From Saprospiraceae bacterium (GTDB lineage: Bacteria; Bacteroidota; Bacteroidia; Chitinophagales; Saprospiraceae): a DNA stretch of 54,493 nt. A program made the position numbers and the translations under genes. Positions 29,663 to 38,384 of this stretch are shown in pieces. The notes beneath the pieces were generated by a model. The model was not told where the DNA came from. It ran no database searches and worked only from the letters and a program-made list of their open reading frames with translations. Every line of letters starts with the position of its first letter. The stretch's first letter is position 1. The DNA lies in NCBI GenBank assembly GCA_035269065.1, contig DATFJT010000075.1, positions 1 to 54,493 on the forward strand, given 5' to 3'.

Positions 29663-30200
29663 GTTCGAAGCATTCAAAACCAAGGTAAAAGTTAATAAAA
29701 TTGAGCATTTGACGGATGCGCGTTATTTCGCAGCTGCAGGAGTCAACTATATGGGCTTTCAGCTGGATGCGCCCGGGATGAATAATGAGGAAGAGATCAG
29801 AAAAATAGCGGCAATTAAGGAATGGGTCAGCGGGCCACAAATATTTGTGAGTGCAGAAAAAGCCACTGAAGATATTCTCGAGAACGCTTTTGCCAAAGGC
29901 ATAGAAATCATAGAAGTATCTAATAAGACCTCACTATTCGGCCTGGAAGGATTTGAATGGTTTTTGCAAACGGATAGTTTTGATGACAAACTGCCCAAAT
30001 ACCATCAGCAAATCATGCCCTATCAAAATTGGCTGGAGGAGGGAAAGCCAAAGTGTTGGATAAGAGATTTTCCCTTCGACGCAGCAGCAGAGCTGGTCGA
30101 AGACAAAATTCTGGGATTGCAGATTGACGGATCAGCTCAGGAGAAGGTCGGCGTAAAATCTTTCGACCTATATGACAAGCTCTTTGAGTCCATTGTTTAG
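29661..30200 (+). CDS. TrpF (phosphoribosylanthranilate isomerase)-like protein, probably non-canonical
   Basis: The N terminus KVKVNKIEHLTDARYFAAAGVNYMGF parallels the KICGIT..EDA......GAD.IGF of PRAI, but the Cys is replaced by Asn. Not in a trp operon. Confidence 0.4.
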   Translation: MFEAFKTKVKVNKIEHLTDARYFAAAGVNYMGFQLDAPGMNNEEEIRKIAAIKEWVSGPQIFVSAEKATEDILENAFAKGIEIIEVSNKTSLFGLEGFEWFLQTDSFDDKLPKYHQQIMPYQNWLEEGKPKCWIRDFPFDAAAELVEDKILGLQIDGSAQEKVGVKSFDLYDKLFESIV

Positions 30201-30206
30201 GCAGAA

Positions 30207-31511
30207 TTATTCTTGAGCTGGTTGATCTTTATTTGGGGGAACTTGCTTGATCCACAAATCTCTTTGAGGGAAAGGAATACGTACATCATTCTCACGGAAA
30301 GCTTTATCGATGGAAAAGCGTAAATCGCTTTTTACATCTTCAATAGTAATGAGCACCGTAGACCAAAACAGAAGTTCAAAAACCAGAGAACTGTCTCCAA
30401 AATCGACAAAGCGGACAAAGGGAGATGGGCGATCTACCACGTACCGATTTTCGCGAGCTGCCTGTATCAGGAGGTCTCGCACTTTTTCCACATCGCTTCC
30501 ATAGGCTACGCCGACAGTTACAGTAAACCGCGTGAGCTTATGGTTTTTGTCCCAGTTGAGAAAAGAGTTATTAACAATACTGGCATTGGGCACTACCACA
30601 ACTCGGCTGTCCCTCAATTCGACCTCGCTGGTCCTCAGACCAATTTTCTTGACCATGCCTATGCCTTCTTGTAATTGGACAGTATCTCCAACTTCGATCG
30701 AGCGCTCAAATAGGAGTATGATACCTGCAATGAAATCGGCAAATACATTCTGAAGACCAAAGCCAATACCCACCAACAATGCGGCCAAACCACCCCAGAC
30801 GAGCTTTAAACTGATGCCGATACTTTCTATGGCGATGAAGGTAAATGCAAGGTAAATCAAGTAGCGTACCAGTTGGTTGATAGAATACTGGGCGCCAACG
30901 TTGATGTCTTTGCGACTGTAATAGCGGAAAAGCACAATCTTTATAAACAGAAAGCTGATGAAATTGGCCAGGAGCACAATGAGTACGATTTTCAGCACAT
31001 CATTTAGATCAATAATAAAATCTTCAGACCGAAAGATGATGTAATTGATTTCAAGGGTATGCAAAAGGGCTCTGAGCGCGATCACCACCAAGACGTATTT
31101 TAGGGATCTCGTTCCAGAGGAACTGCTGATGAGCTCTTCTTCCTTGCTGAGACCATCCCTATTGTTAGAAAGGACGAGGTTGGAGATCAGGTAATTGGTG
31201 AATAAGGCCGCCTGGATAATAAGAAAAACGGTCACGACCTGGCTTAGCATGACAAATTGCCCCTGCTGGGTGCCAAATAGCTCTAAATCATTGCCGGTGA
31301 TGTTGAGAAAAAGTACCAGGATCAACAGAAGGAAAACCGAGTTGACGTAGTAGTTGACCGACTTGAAACTAATTTTATCTTTGACGGTTTCCAGGATGCG
31401 AGGCAGAAACCGTCGACTAATGATATACCATACCACAGCAAGTGCTAAAACAGCAACACCAAAGTTGGCATATCCCGACTCGAAAAATTTTGTAAAAAGC
31501 TCACGCATCAT
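30207..31511 (-). CDS. mechanosensitive ion channel (MscS family) protein
   Basis: Multiple TM helices, then the MscS pore/beta-domain pattern (GLQNVFADFIAGIILLFERSIEVGDTV...G.V..IGLR.S.....D...V.VPN). Confidence 0.88.
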   Translation of the reverse strand: MMRELFTKFFESGYANFGVAVLALAVVWYIISRRFLPRILETVKDKISFKSVNYYVNSVFLLLILVLFLNITGNDLELFGTQQGQFVMLSQVVTVFLIIQAALFTNYLISNLVLSNNRDGLSKEEELISSSSGTRSLKYVLVVIALRALLHTLEINYIIFRSEDFIIDLNDVLKIVLIVLLANFISFLFIKIVLFRYYSRKDINVGAQYSINQLVRYLIYLAFTFIAIESIGISLKLVWGGLAALLVGIGFGLQNVFADFIAGIILLFERSIEVGDTVQLQEGIGMVKKIGLRTSEVELRDSRVVVVPNASIVNNSFLNWDKNHKLTRFTVTVGVAYGSDVEKVRDLLIQAARENRYVVDRPSPFVRFVDFGDSSLVFELLFWSTVLITIEDVKSDLRFSIDKAFRENDVRIPFPQRDLWIKQVPPNKDQPAQE

Positions 31512-31610
31512 AAAGTATCGAACATTTGGCTTGGCCTGACAATTTTAAGATAAAAAAAATTAGGCTTTTGTGATGCTGTGCCTATTTTAGAAATTGAAGA
31601 ACTAAAAAAT

Positions 31611-32282
31611 ATGAAAAACAATTGGTCATCTGTGGCTGCTCAGACTATATCTGTAATCTGGCACCCCCTATTTTTCTACTTTTTTATGGTCCTTTTGTTG
31701 ACCTGGATGGCCCCTGATCTTTTCGTGGAGTTTGGACGAGAAGACTTTGTCAAATTTCTCATACTCAATGGCGTGTACACTGTTCTTTTTCCCGCCCTAG
31801 GTATTTTCCTTCTGTACAAGCTAAATTTTATAGAGTCCCTGGAAATGGAAGATTCGCAGGAGCGCATAGGCCCTTTCATTGTGACTGCTGTATTTTATTC
31901 TTGGACTTTTATCAATCTGAGAAACACCGCTTTTCTTCCCGATATTATCCTTTTATCCTTATTGGGCGTACTGATTAGCCTGTACCTGGGTTTTTTCATC
32001 AATCTCTTTGACAAAATAAGCATTCATGCCATGGCCGTTGGTGGCATGTTGGCTTTCAGTTGGCTGCTTTTGGGACATGATCTGGTGGAGTCGCCAGTGC
32101 TTTCACTGGGATTCACGTATCTGCAGTTTCATGCAGGTTTTGTCTTTATACTTTCAGTTCTGCTGGTCGGACTGGTTTGTTGGGCAAGATTGCAATTAAA
32201 AAAACACAGTATGCAACAAGTGGCTGCCGGATTGATGATGGGTGTTTTTGGCTTTTTCGTTGCTGCTCAATTCTACCCGTAA
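31611..32282 (+). CDS. hypothetical polytopic membrane protein
   Basis: About 6 predicted TM helices. Start moved to the ATG at 31611 because the track start is GTG. Confidence 0.55.
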   Translation: MKNNWSSVAAQTISVIWHPLFFYFFMVLLLTWMAPDLFVEFGREDFVKFLILNGVYTVLFPALGIFLLYKLNFIESLEMEDSQERIGPFIVTAVFYSWTFINLRNTAFLPDIILLSLLGVLISLYLGFFINLFDKISIHAMAVGGMLAFSWLLLGHDLVESPVLSLGFTYLQFHAGFVFILSVLLVGLVCWARLQLKKHSMQQVAAGLMMGVFGFFVAAQFYP

Positions 32283-32294
32283 GTAGGCGTTGAC

Positions 32295-32529
32295 TTTTCC
32301 ACATTAGTGGCGCCTGCCACTTAAATTACAACTATATGCAACGAGCACAACACACAAAAATTCAATGATTTAACTCTACTTACCTAATGTGACACTTTTA
32401 TCAACACTTTCGGTTTGAGTAACCTATTCTGCGCCATTTACCTGGGTTTTTAACGATTTCCTGACCTTTTCCACGTAGTTATTCACTACCAATGACCGTT
32501 TTTCCACATTGCAAGTTGGGTTTTCCACT
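32295..32529 (+). promoter_or_regulatory. cluster of same-strand TTTTCCAC (DnaA-box-like) repeats upstream of dnaB
   Basis: TTTTCCACA 32295-32303, TTATCAACA 32398-32406, TTTTCCACG 32467-32475, TTTTCCACA 32500-32508, TTTTCCACT 32521-32529. Three copies are preceded by TGAC. A perfect TGTGGATAA also lies at 32786-32794 inside dnaB. Confidence 0.45.
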
Positions 32530-32639
32530 CTCGCACCAGACCTAAAGAGGGGCTTGTCTCTGACGAACCAGAGCATAACCGCCATGAGATGTTTAAAAGA
32601 GATATATTTGTTCAGGGTAGACGCATAGAAATAATTGAC

Positions 32640-34157
32640 ATGTTTGAAAGGGAAGCGAAGAAAGACGATAAAAAGTGGAGTTCTCAGTACGGGAAGAAGA
32701 AACCTGCCTTAGGAGGATCTGAAGTTTATGGTAAAATGGCCCCACAGGCCAGAGATCTCGAGGAAGCCGTATTGGGAGCCATACTTGTGGATAAGGACGC
32801 TTTTGCCTCTGTTATGGAGATTCTCAACCGCGACAGCTACTATGTTCAGGCACATCAGGCGATCTATCAGGCGATGCAAGATTTGTTTGAAGACTCCAAA
32901 CCCATCGATATAATTACAGTTACAGAACAGTTAAAAACCAATGGCGAGATGTCAGTCGCTGGTGGCCCTGTTTATATCATGGAGCTCAGTCAGAAAGTGG
33001 CTTCCTCTGCCAATATTGAATACCATGCAAGAATCCTGGCGGAAAAGCAAATACAGAGAGACTTGATCACAACAGCAAATGCGATCATAAAAGATGCCTA
33101 CGAGGATTCTACAGACGTCTTTGAACTGCTCGATCAGTCTGAGCAACGCCTTTTTGCCATCACCCAGAATAACCTCGGACGCAAAACCCAGTCGATGAGT
33201 GCTGTTTTGGCCAAAGTGATGAAGAACCTGGAAACTTTGTCTGAGAAGGACGAGTCTATTACAGGAATACCAAGTGGGTTTTCAGAACTGGATAAAGTTA
33301 CCAGTGGATGGCAGAGATCAGACCTGGTAATTATCGCTGCCCGTCCGGGTATGGGTAAAACGGCTTTTACCCTGAACCTAGCAAGAAATGCGGCGGTTCA
33401 GGGTCATGCTGTAGCTATTTTCTCCTTGGAGATGAGCAATGAGCAGTTGGTTTCCAGGATCCTGTCTTCCGAGGTAGGACTGGAGGGTAAGAAAATCAGG
33501 AACGGAAATCTTTCCGAGTCAGAATGGAAAATTTTGCACAGTAAAATACCGGAATTAGAAAAGCTAAAAATCTTTTCTGATGATACACCCGGTATCAACA
33601 GTTTCGAACTCCGAGCCAAATGCCGCCGCCTAAAGAAACAACACAATATAGATCTCATCATTATTGATTATCTCCAGTTGATGACTGGTGGAAATAAAAA
33701 TACCGGAAACCGAGAACAGGAAATTTCATCCATCTCTCGGGCGCTAAAGTCATTGGCCAAAGAATTGAGTGTGCCGGTAATTGCCTTGTCCCAGTTAAAC
33801 CGTTCCGTAGAGGTCCGAGGAGGAGACAAACGGCCAGTTCTTTCTGACTTGAGGGAGTCCGGAGCCATTGAGCAGGATGCTGATATCGTATCGTTCATTT
33901 ACAGGCCGGAGTATTATGGCTTCGAAACCTGGCAGGATGACGACAACATGGATAATTGTGAAGGCCAAGCTGAATTTATCGTTGCCAAGCACAGGAATGG
34001 GGAATTGAAAAGTATCCGGATGAAATTTATCAAGGAATACGCCAAGTTTGAAAATTTGGATCAGTTCAATTTTGATGAAGGTGGTGAGTACACGGAAGAC
34101 GGCCAGGCATTCATTACCAGATCCAGTAAGATGAACGCGGACGACTTTGATTTTTAA
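32640..34157 (+). CDS. dnaB: replicative DNA helicase DnaB
   Basis: Walker A ARPGMGKTAF, IIDYLQLM, SQLNR and RESGAIEQDAD motifs. Start set to the ATG at 32640 because a TATATTTG -7-type box at 32603-32610 lies inside the longer ORF. Confidence 0.95.
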   Translation: MFEREAKKDDKKWSSQYGKKKPALGGSEVYGKMAPQARDLEEAVLGAILVDKDAFASVMEILNRDSYYVQAHQAIYQAMQDLFEDSKPIDIITVTEQLKTNGEMSVAGGPVYIMELSQKVASSANIEYHARILAEKQIQRDLITTANAIIKDAYEDSTDVFELLDQSEQRLFAITQNNLGRKTQSMSAVLAKVMKNLETLSEKDESITGIPSGFSELDKVTSGWQRSDLVIIAARPGMGKTAFTLNLARNAAVQGHAVAIFSLEMSNEQLVSRILSSEVGLEGKKIRNGNLSESEWKILHSKIPELEKLKIFSDDTPGINSFELRAKCRRLKKQHNIDLIIIDYLQLMTGGNKNTGNREQEISSISRALKSLAKELSVPVIALSQLNRSVEVRGGDKRPVLSDLRESGAIEQDADIVSFIYRPEYYGFETWQDDDNMDNCEGQAEFIVAKHRNGELKSIRMKFIKEYAKFENLDQFNFDEGGEYTEDGQAFITRSSKMNADDFDF

Positions 34158-34161
34158 AAAT

Positions 34162-34881
34162 ATGGCAGAAAAATTTAGACTGAACAAATTTATAGCGCAC
34201 ACGGGTCTTTGCTCCAGGAGAAAGGCAGGCGACCTGGTGAAAGAAGGTAAAATAAAGCTAAATGGCCAGGTGGAAACCAACCCTGCCGTGGAAGTAACGG
34301 ATGAGGACCGCATTGAATACAAGGGTAAGCCGCTCAAACGAGAAGAGAAAGAAGTTTACATTCTGATGAATAAGCCCCGAGGGGTCATCACGAGTCTTTC
34401 AGATGAACATGAGCGGAAAACTGTTATTGATGTCCTTGGTCGTGATGTAAAAGAACGGGTCTATCCCGTAGGACGACTGGATTTCAATACTACAGGCCTT
34501 CTTCTTCTAACCAATGACGGAGCGCTGAGTCATCAACTTACTCATCCTAGTTTTGAGGTCAAAAAAGTTTATGAGCTTGAACTCGACAGGCCCCTATCAG
34601 AAGGCGACTTCCAAAAGATTAAAAAGGGACTTATGCTCGAAGACGGACCGATAAAGGTAGACGGCTTGAGCAAAAATGCCGATAAAAACCACGTAGGTAT
34701 AGAAATACATTCAGGGAGAAACCGCATCGTACGAAGGATATTTGAGCACCTGGATTACACTATATTAAAACTTGATCGCGTCCTCTTTGCCGGTCTTACC
34801 AAAAAGAATTTACCGCGTGGTAAATATCGATTTCTCACCAGGAAAGAAATTATTCTACTTAAACATTTCAACAAAAAATGA
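34162..34881 (+). CDS. RsuA/RluB-family pseudouridine synthase
   Basis: S4 domain (RLNKFIAHTGLCSRRKA..LV..G.I.LNG) and catalytic GRLDFNTTGLLLLTNDG. Confidence 0.9.
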   Translation: MAEKFRLNKFIAHTGLCSRRKAGDLVKEGKIKLNGQVETNPAVEVTDEDRIEYKGKPLKREEKEVYILMNKPRGVITSLSDEHERKTVIDVLGRDVKERVYPVGRLDFNTTGLLLLTNDGALSHQLTHPSFEVKKVYELELDRPLSEGDFQKIKKGLMLEDGPIKVDGLSKNADKNHVGIEIHSGRNRIVRRIFEHLDYTILKLDRVLFAGLTKKNLPRGKYRFLTRKEIILLKHFNKK

Positions 34882-35012
34882 ATAGCACAACAACTTTTCA
34901 ATAGTCTTGTGCTGATGAATACCATTAATTATCGGTGCCATTCTGAGCTTTAGAGCTGACTTTTCAAATTTTTTATTGGCATTTTCGGTAAATTAAGCCC
35001 AAAGTTTATACC

Positions 35013-37724
35013 ATGAAGCAACATTTAAGCATCCTATTATTGTTGTTTTTGCAGACAGCGATCTTTGGCCAAATTCACCTCACAGAGGACGGTAGAAATA
35101 TTCAGGGCTCTGATATCATTTCCAAAGACCTGTCTTCAGGTTTTGTTTTTCAACCCAATAATGCCGCTTTCGAAAGGCTATACCATGCTGAAATGTTCAA
35201 AGAGCGCGTAATCCTTCATCTGAATGAAGAAGAAAAAATCACCTTACTATTAGAAAAAAGAAATTTGTTTTCGGAGGACTTTCTCCTGAGGGGAATGACC
35301 CGAGAAGGACGTGTAGAATTACAAGCAGACCTAGGCAAACATTACAGGGGAACAGTTCAAGAGGTGCCAGGATCCTGGGTGGCCTTTTCTATTTACAGGG
35401 ACCAGGTGAGCGCTCTTATTTCTATGCCAAAGAAGGGTACTTTTTCCCTTGGTCAACTGAAAAACCCTCTTCAGGATGGACTTTCTCATATTGTTTACAA
35501 GGATAGTCAAATGAGAAATGCACCGACCTTTCACTGTCACACGGGTGAAGAGGAAAGTAAATTTTTAGAACCATACAACCCGCAGCTTAAGAATTCGGTT
35601 GAAGCCAATTGCAAAGCTGTTCGACTTTATGCTGAGTTTGATTACTACACGTACAACAATCGTTTTGATGCCAACCTGGATGATGCCAATGCCTATGCGA
35701 CCTTTTTATTGAACATGACAGTAGCCATGTTTGAGCAAGACGACATTCGCCTGATCGTATCCGAGGTTTTCCTCTGGACGGTACCGGATTCCTATACCAG
35801 GGACAATGCAGGTGATGCATTGAGGGAGTTCACAGATGATTATGAGAATGATTTCAATGGAGACATTGGGGCTTTAATTGCCACAGTGCCCAATGGGAAT
35901 GGCGGTGTGGCCTGGCTTAACGTTCTCTGTCGTCAGTACAACGAGGGTTTTTCATTTGGAAGAACCTCTTATTCTAATACTTCTACCTGGCTCAGACAAA
36001 TTCCGGCCTATAGCTGGGATGTTAATGTGCTGACGCATGAAATCGGGCACAATTTAGGCTCGCCTCATACCCATAATTGTTTTTGGAATGGAAACAATAC
36101 CAAAATTGATGATTGCGCCGGAGAATTCAGTGAGGACTTCAGGGATGAGAGGTGTGATCCGGGTGCCCTGCCAAATGCAGGTACTATTATGAGTTATTGT
36201 CATTTGAATGTGGGTGTAGATTTCTCCCTTGGCTTTCATCCACAACCAGCAGAGTTGATGAGAAACAGAATTGCTTCTGCTCATTGTTTGCAGGCGCAAT
36301 CTGAAGTAGATACAGAAATTAGTATAGAGGATGTTTTCGGGCAGCCAGCCCCCGAGAAAATTTGCTTGGGAGACAGCCTCCTTTTGAGTGTCGACGAAGG
36401 TTATACCTATGAATGGTCTAATAATCAAACAAGCTCCTCTATTTTTGTGAATGCTCCCGGAGTTTATCGTGTTACTGTTTTTGATGCAAATGGTTGTCCC
36501 CGGGAATACCGGGACACCGTGACGATGAACCCTCTTCCGGAGATCAATTATGTCATTAGTGATACACTTTTTTGCCCTGGAGATACCGCCGTAATTCGGG
36601 TTTTCAAAGACAGTCAGCAGTTGATCAGTTGGAATGATACTCCAGGGGACAGTATCTTTCAATTGTTTGATACTGACACCCTGAATTTGCTCGTAGTAGA
36701 CTCGATTACCTCCTGCCGAAACTCAGATACGGTGATGGTGTCATTTAACCCGCAACCAACTTTGAACTATCGCACACTTGACTCCGCCGGTCTATGCACG
36801 GGGGATACAACGGAAATAACATTTAACCGCCTGGACTCCATTTACCTCGAAGGATCAATGGCGACTTCAGATACAAGCTTTAGCGCAATAGCCGGTATTT
36901 ACCCGATGGTTGGTTTCATGGACGGATGTGAAACCAAAGATACGTTGATCATACAAGAATGGTTATTGCCTGAATTGACCATGAGGGATAGTTTTTATTT
37001 CTGTGAGGGAAATAGAGTTATTCTGACACCAGAAGAAGCCGAAGATAGTACGATTCTCTACCGATGGAATGGATCAGATACCAGTTACAGTCTCGAGGTG
37101 GATCGCCCCGGCCTCTATACACTGGAAGCGATATCTGCTTTTGGTTGCCGGTCAGAGGCCCAAACTGCAGTATTTAATGTCGAATTGCCGGACAGTTTAT
37201 CCCTGGGATACAGTTACACAGATGGAGACTCTTTGTACAGCGTTTTTCTGATGACCCATCTTGACTCTTTTAGTGGTAACCTGCGGTGGCATGTCCCTGG
37301 ATTAATTGTGCAAGAAAAAAATGACAGCTTATCTGTTTTTTGGGGCATGGCACCACCGGATACCGTGAACGTTTGTGTGCAGTATATCACTGATGAGCCG
37401 ATAGCTTGTCAAACAGATAGTTTTTGCATCCGGGTACCGACATCCCTTGTATTGTCAGCAGCGAGCCCAGAAGCGGATCGCTTCTTGAAAGTGTATCCCA
37501 ACCCTTTTGATGAGCAGCTGACTGTGGAGTGGCCATCAACCGGCACCCTCTTAAGTTTGGAGTTGTGGAATGCTGAAGGTAAACTTTCTTGGCAGTGGGA
37601 TGCCGCGCCATTATCGGGAGCCAGGGTTCAGTTGTCTACCGCTCATTTACCTGATGGCGTATATTGGTTGCGTGCCAAAACACAACAGGGAATGGAAATC
37701 TTTCCGGTGCTGAAAATGAAATAA
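35013..37724 (+). CDS. secreted metzincin (reprolysin/M12B-like) zinc protease with T9SS type A C-terminal sorting domain
   Basis: Signal peptide. HEIGHNLGSPH (HExxHxxGxxH). Cys-containing Ig-like modules. C-terminal KVYPNPFDEQLTVEW...GVYWLR...PVLK pattern. Confidence 0.85.
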   Translation: MKQHLSILLLLFLQTAIFGQIHLTEDGRNIQGSDIISKDLSSGFVFQPNNAAFERLYHAEMFKERVILHLNEEEKITLLLEKRNLFSEDFLLRGMTREGRVELQADLGKHYRGTVQEVPGSWVAFSIYRDQVSALISMPKKGTFSLGQLKNPLQDGLSHIVYKDSQMRNAPTFHCHTGEEESKFLEPYNPQLKNSVEANCKAVRLYAEFDYYTYNNRFDANLDDANAYATFLLNMTVAMFEQDDIRLIVSEVFLWTVPDSYTRDNAGDALREFTDDYENDFNGDIGALIATVPNGNGGVAWLNVLCRQYNEGFSFGRTSYSNTSTWLRQIPAYSWDVNVLTHEIGHNLGSPHTHNCFWNGNNTKIDDCAGEFSEDFRDERCDPGALPNAGTIMSYCHLNVGVDFSLGFHPQPAELMRNRIASAHCLQAQSEVDTEISIEDVFGQPAPEKICLGDSLLLSVDEGYTYEWSNNQTSSSIFVNAPGVYRVTVFDANGCPREYRDTVTMNPLPEINYVISDTLFCPGDTAVIRVFKDSQQLISWNDTPGDSIFQLFDTDTLNLLVVDSITSCRNSDTVMVSFNPQPTLNYRTLDSAGLCTGDTTEITFNRLDSIYLEGSMATSDTSFSAIAGIYPMVGFMDGCETKDTLIIQEWLLPELTMRDSFYFCEGNRVILTPEEAEDSTILYRWNGSDTSYSLEVDRPGLYTLEAISAFGCRSEAQTAVFNVELPDSLSLGYSYTDGDSLYSVFLMTHLDSFSGNLRWHVPGLIVQEKNDSLSVFWGMAPPDTVNVCVQYITDEPIACQTDSFCIRVPTSLVLSAASPEADRFLKVYPNPFDEQLTVEWPSTGTLLSLELWNAEGKLSWQWDAAPLSGARVQLSTAHLPDGVYWLRAKTQQGMEIFPVLKMK

Positions 37725-37909
37725 ATCTTAAGGTATGGAGTAAAAATAAATGGTTTTATACGGCCTTTTATAGTTCAAACCTTGGGGGGGTGGCCAAAGT
37801 GAGTTCCAAATATTGGCTTAGCTAGGGCAGAAGTGCTCGTCTTGAATGAAATAGTGCGTTTTTCTTTTTAGTAGCGGGACTTTTTGAGGTTACAATTTAT
37901 CAAGCGCAA

Positions 37910-38383
37910 TCACGCCGTGGAGTCGCTATGGAGAAAATCAAAAATCACAGCAAATTTGACGAGCAAAAGATCCTGTAATTCTCTGCTTGAAACCCCATCA
38001 AGCTCGTCTTCAACTGGATGAAAGGCATCCTCGCAAATGGCAAGCAACTCTTCTTCTGGATAGCGCTCAAAAATGTAATCGGATACTTTTTGCTGCTCTT
38101 TTTGCTTTTCGAAAGAGGCCCAAAAGCGATCTTCTTCTTTTTTAATGACCGTCAGCGCAACTGGAGAAATATTGTGTGTTTTCAAAATGGAGGCTGCCCA
38201 GGAGCAAAAGAAGAAGAGATAGTCCTTTTCTTCGTTTGTGAGGGTCAATTCTGGATCTGAAAGGACAAAATCGAATAGACTTTGCCACTCATTTACAAGG
38301 TCCACCAACACCGTTTCTTTACTCAACGCTGCTTTTTCCAGACTTTCTTCGGCAGCGGACTCGCTGTAATAAGCGGCACTCAA
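37910..38383 (-). CDS. hypothetical acidic protein (157 aa)
   Basis: Its ATG lies 1 nt after the pckA stop codon. No motif recognised. Confidence 0.5.
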   Translation of the reverse strand: MSAAYYSESAAEESLEKAALSKETVLVDLVNEWQSLFDFVLSDPELTLTNEEKDYLFFFCSWAASILKTHNISPVALTVIKKEEDRFWASFEKQKEQQKVSDYIFERYPEEELLAICEDAFHPVEDELDGVSSRELQDLLLVKFAVIFDFLHSDSTA

Positions 38384-38384
38384 A

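Noticed and set aside
32640-34157. Intein or other insertion in DnaB (also checked in RecA)
   Set aside because: The protein lengths are normal for the families, and the Walker A to C-terminal motifs are contiguous. There is no Cys/Ser...HN splice-junction insert.
33795-34337. 180-aa minus-strand ORF spanning the dnaB/pseudouridine synthase junction. Similar long antisense ORFs occur at 36054-36662 and 41396-41956.
   Set aside because: All are antisense to genes with strong motif support and have Ser/Leu/Arg-rich shadow-frame composition.
34884-34913. Inverted repeat AGCACAA-N16-TTGTGCT after the pseudouridine synthase gene, as a terminator
   Set aside because: The loop is long, the stem is only 7 bp and no T-tract follows. 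That is not enough to call an intrinsic terminator.
37784-37790. G7 homopolymer tract as a phase-variation switch
   Set aside because: It lies in a convergent intergenic region (3' of both flanking genes), so a length change would not alter any reading frame or obvious promoter.
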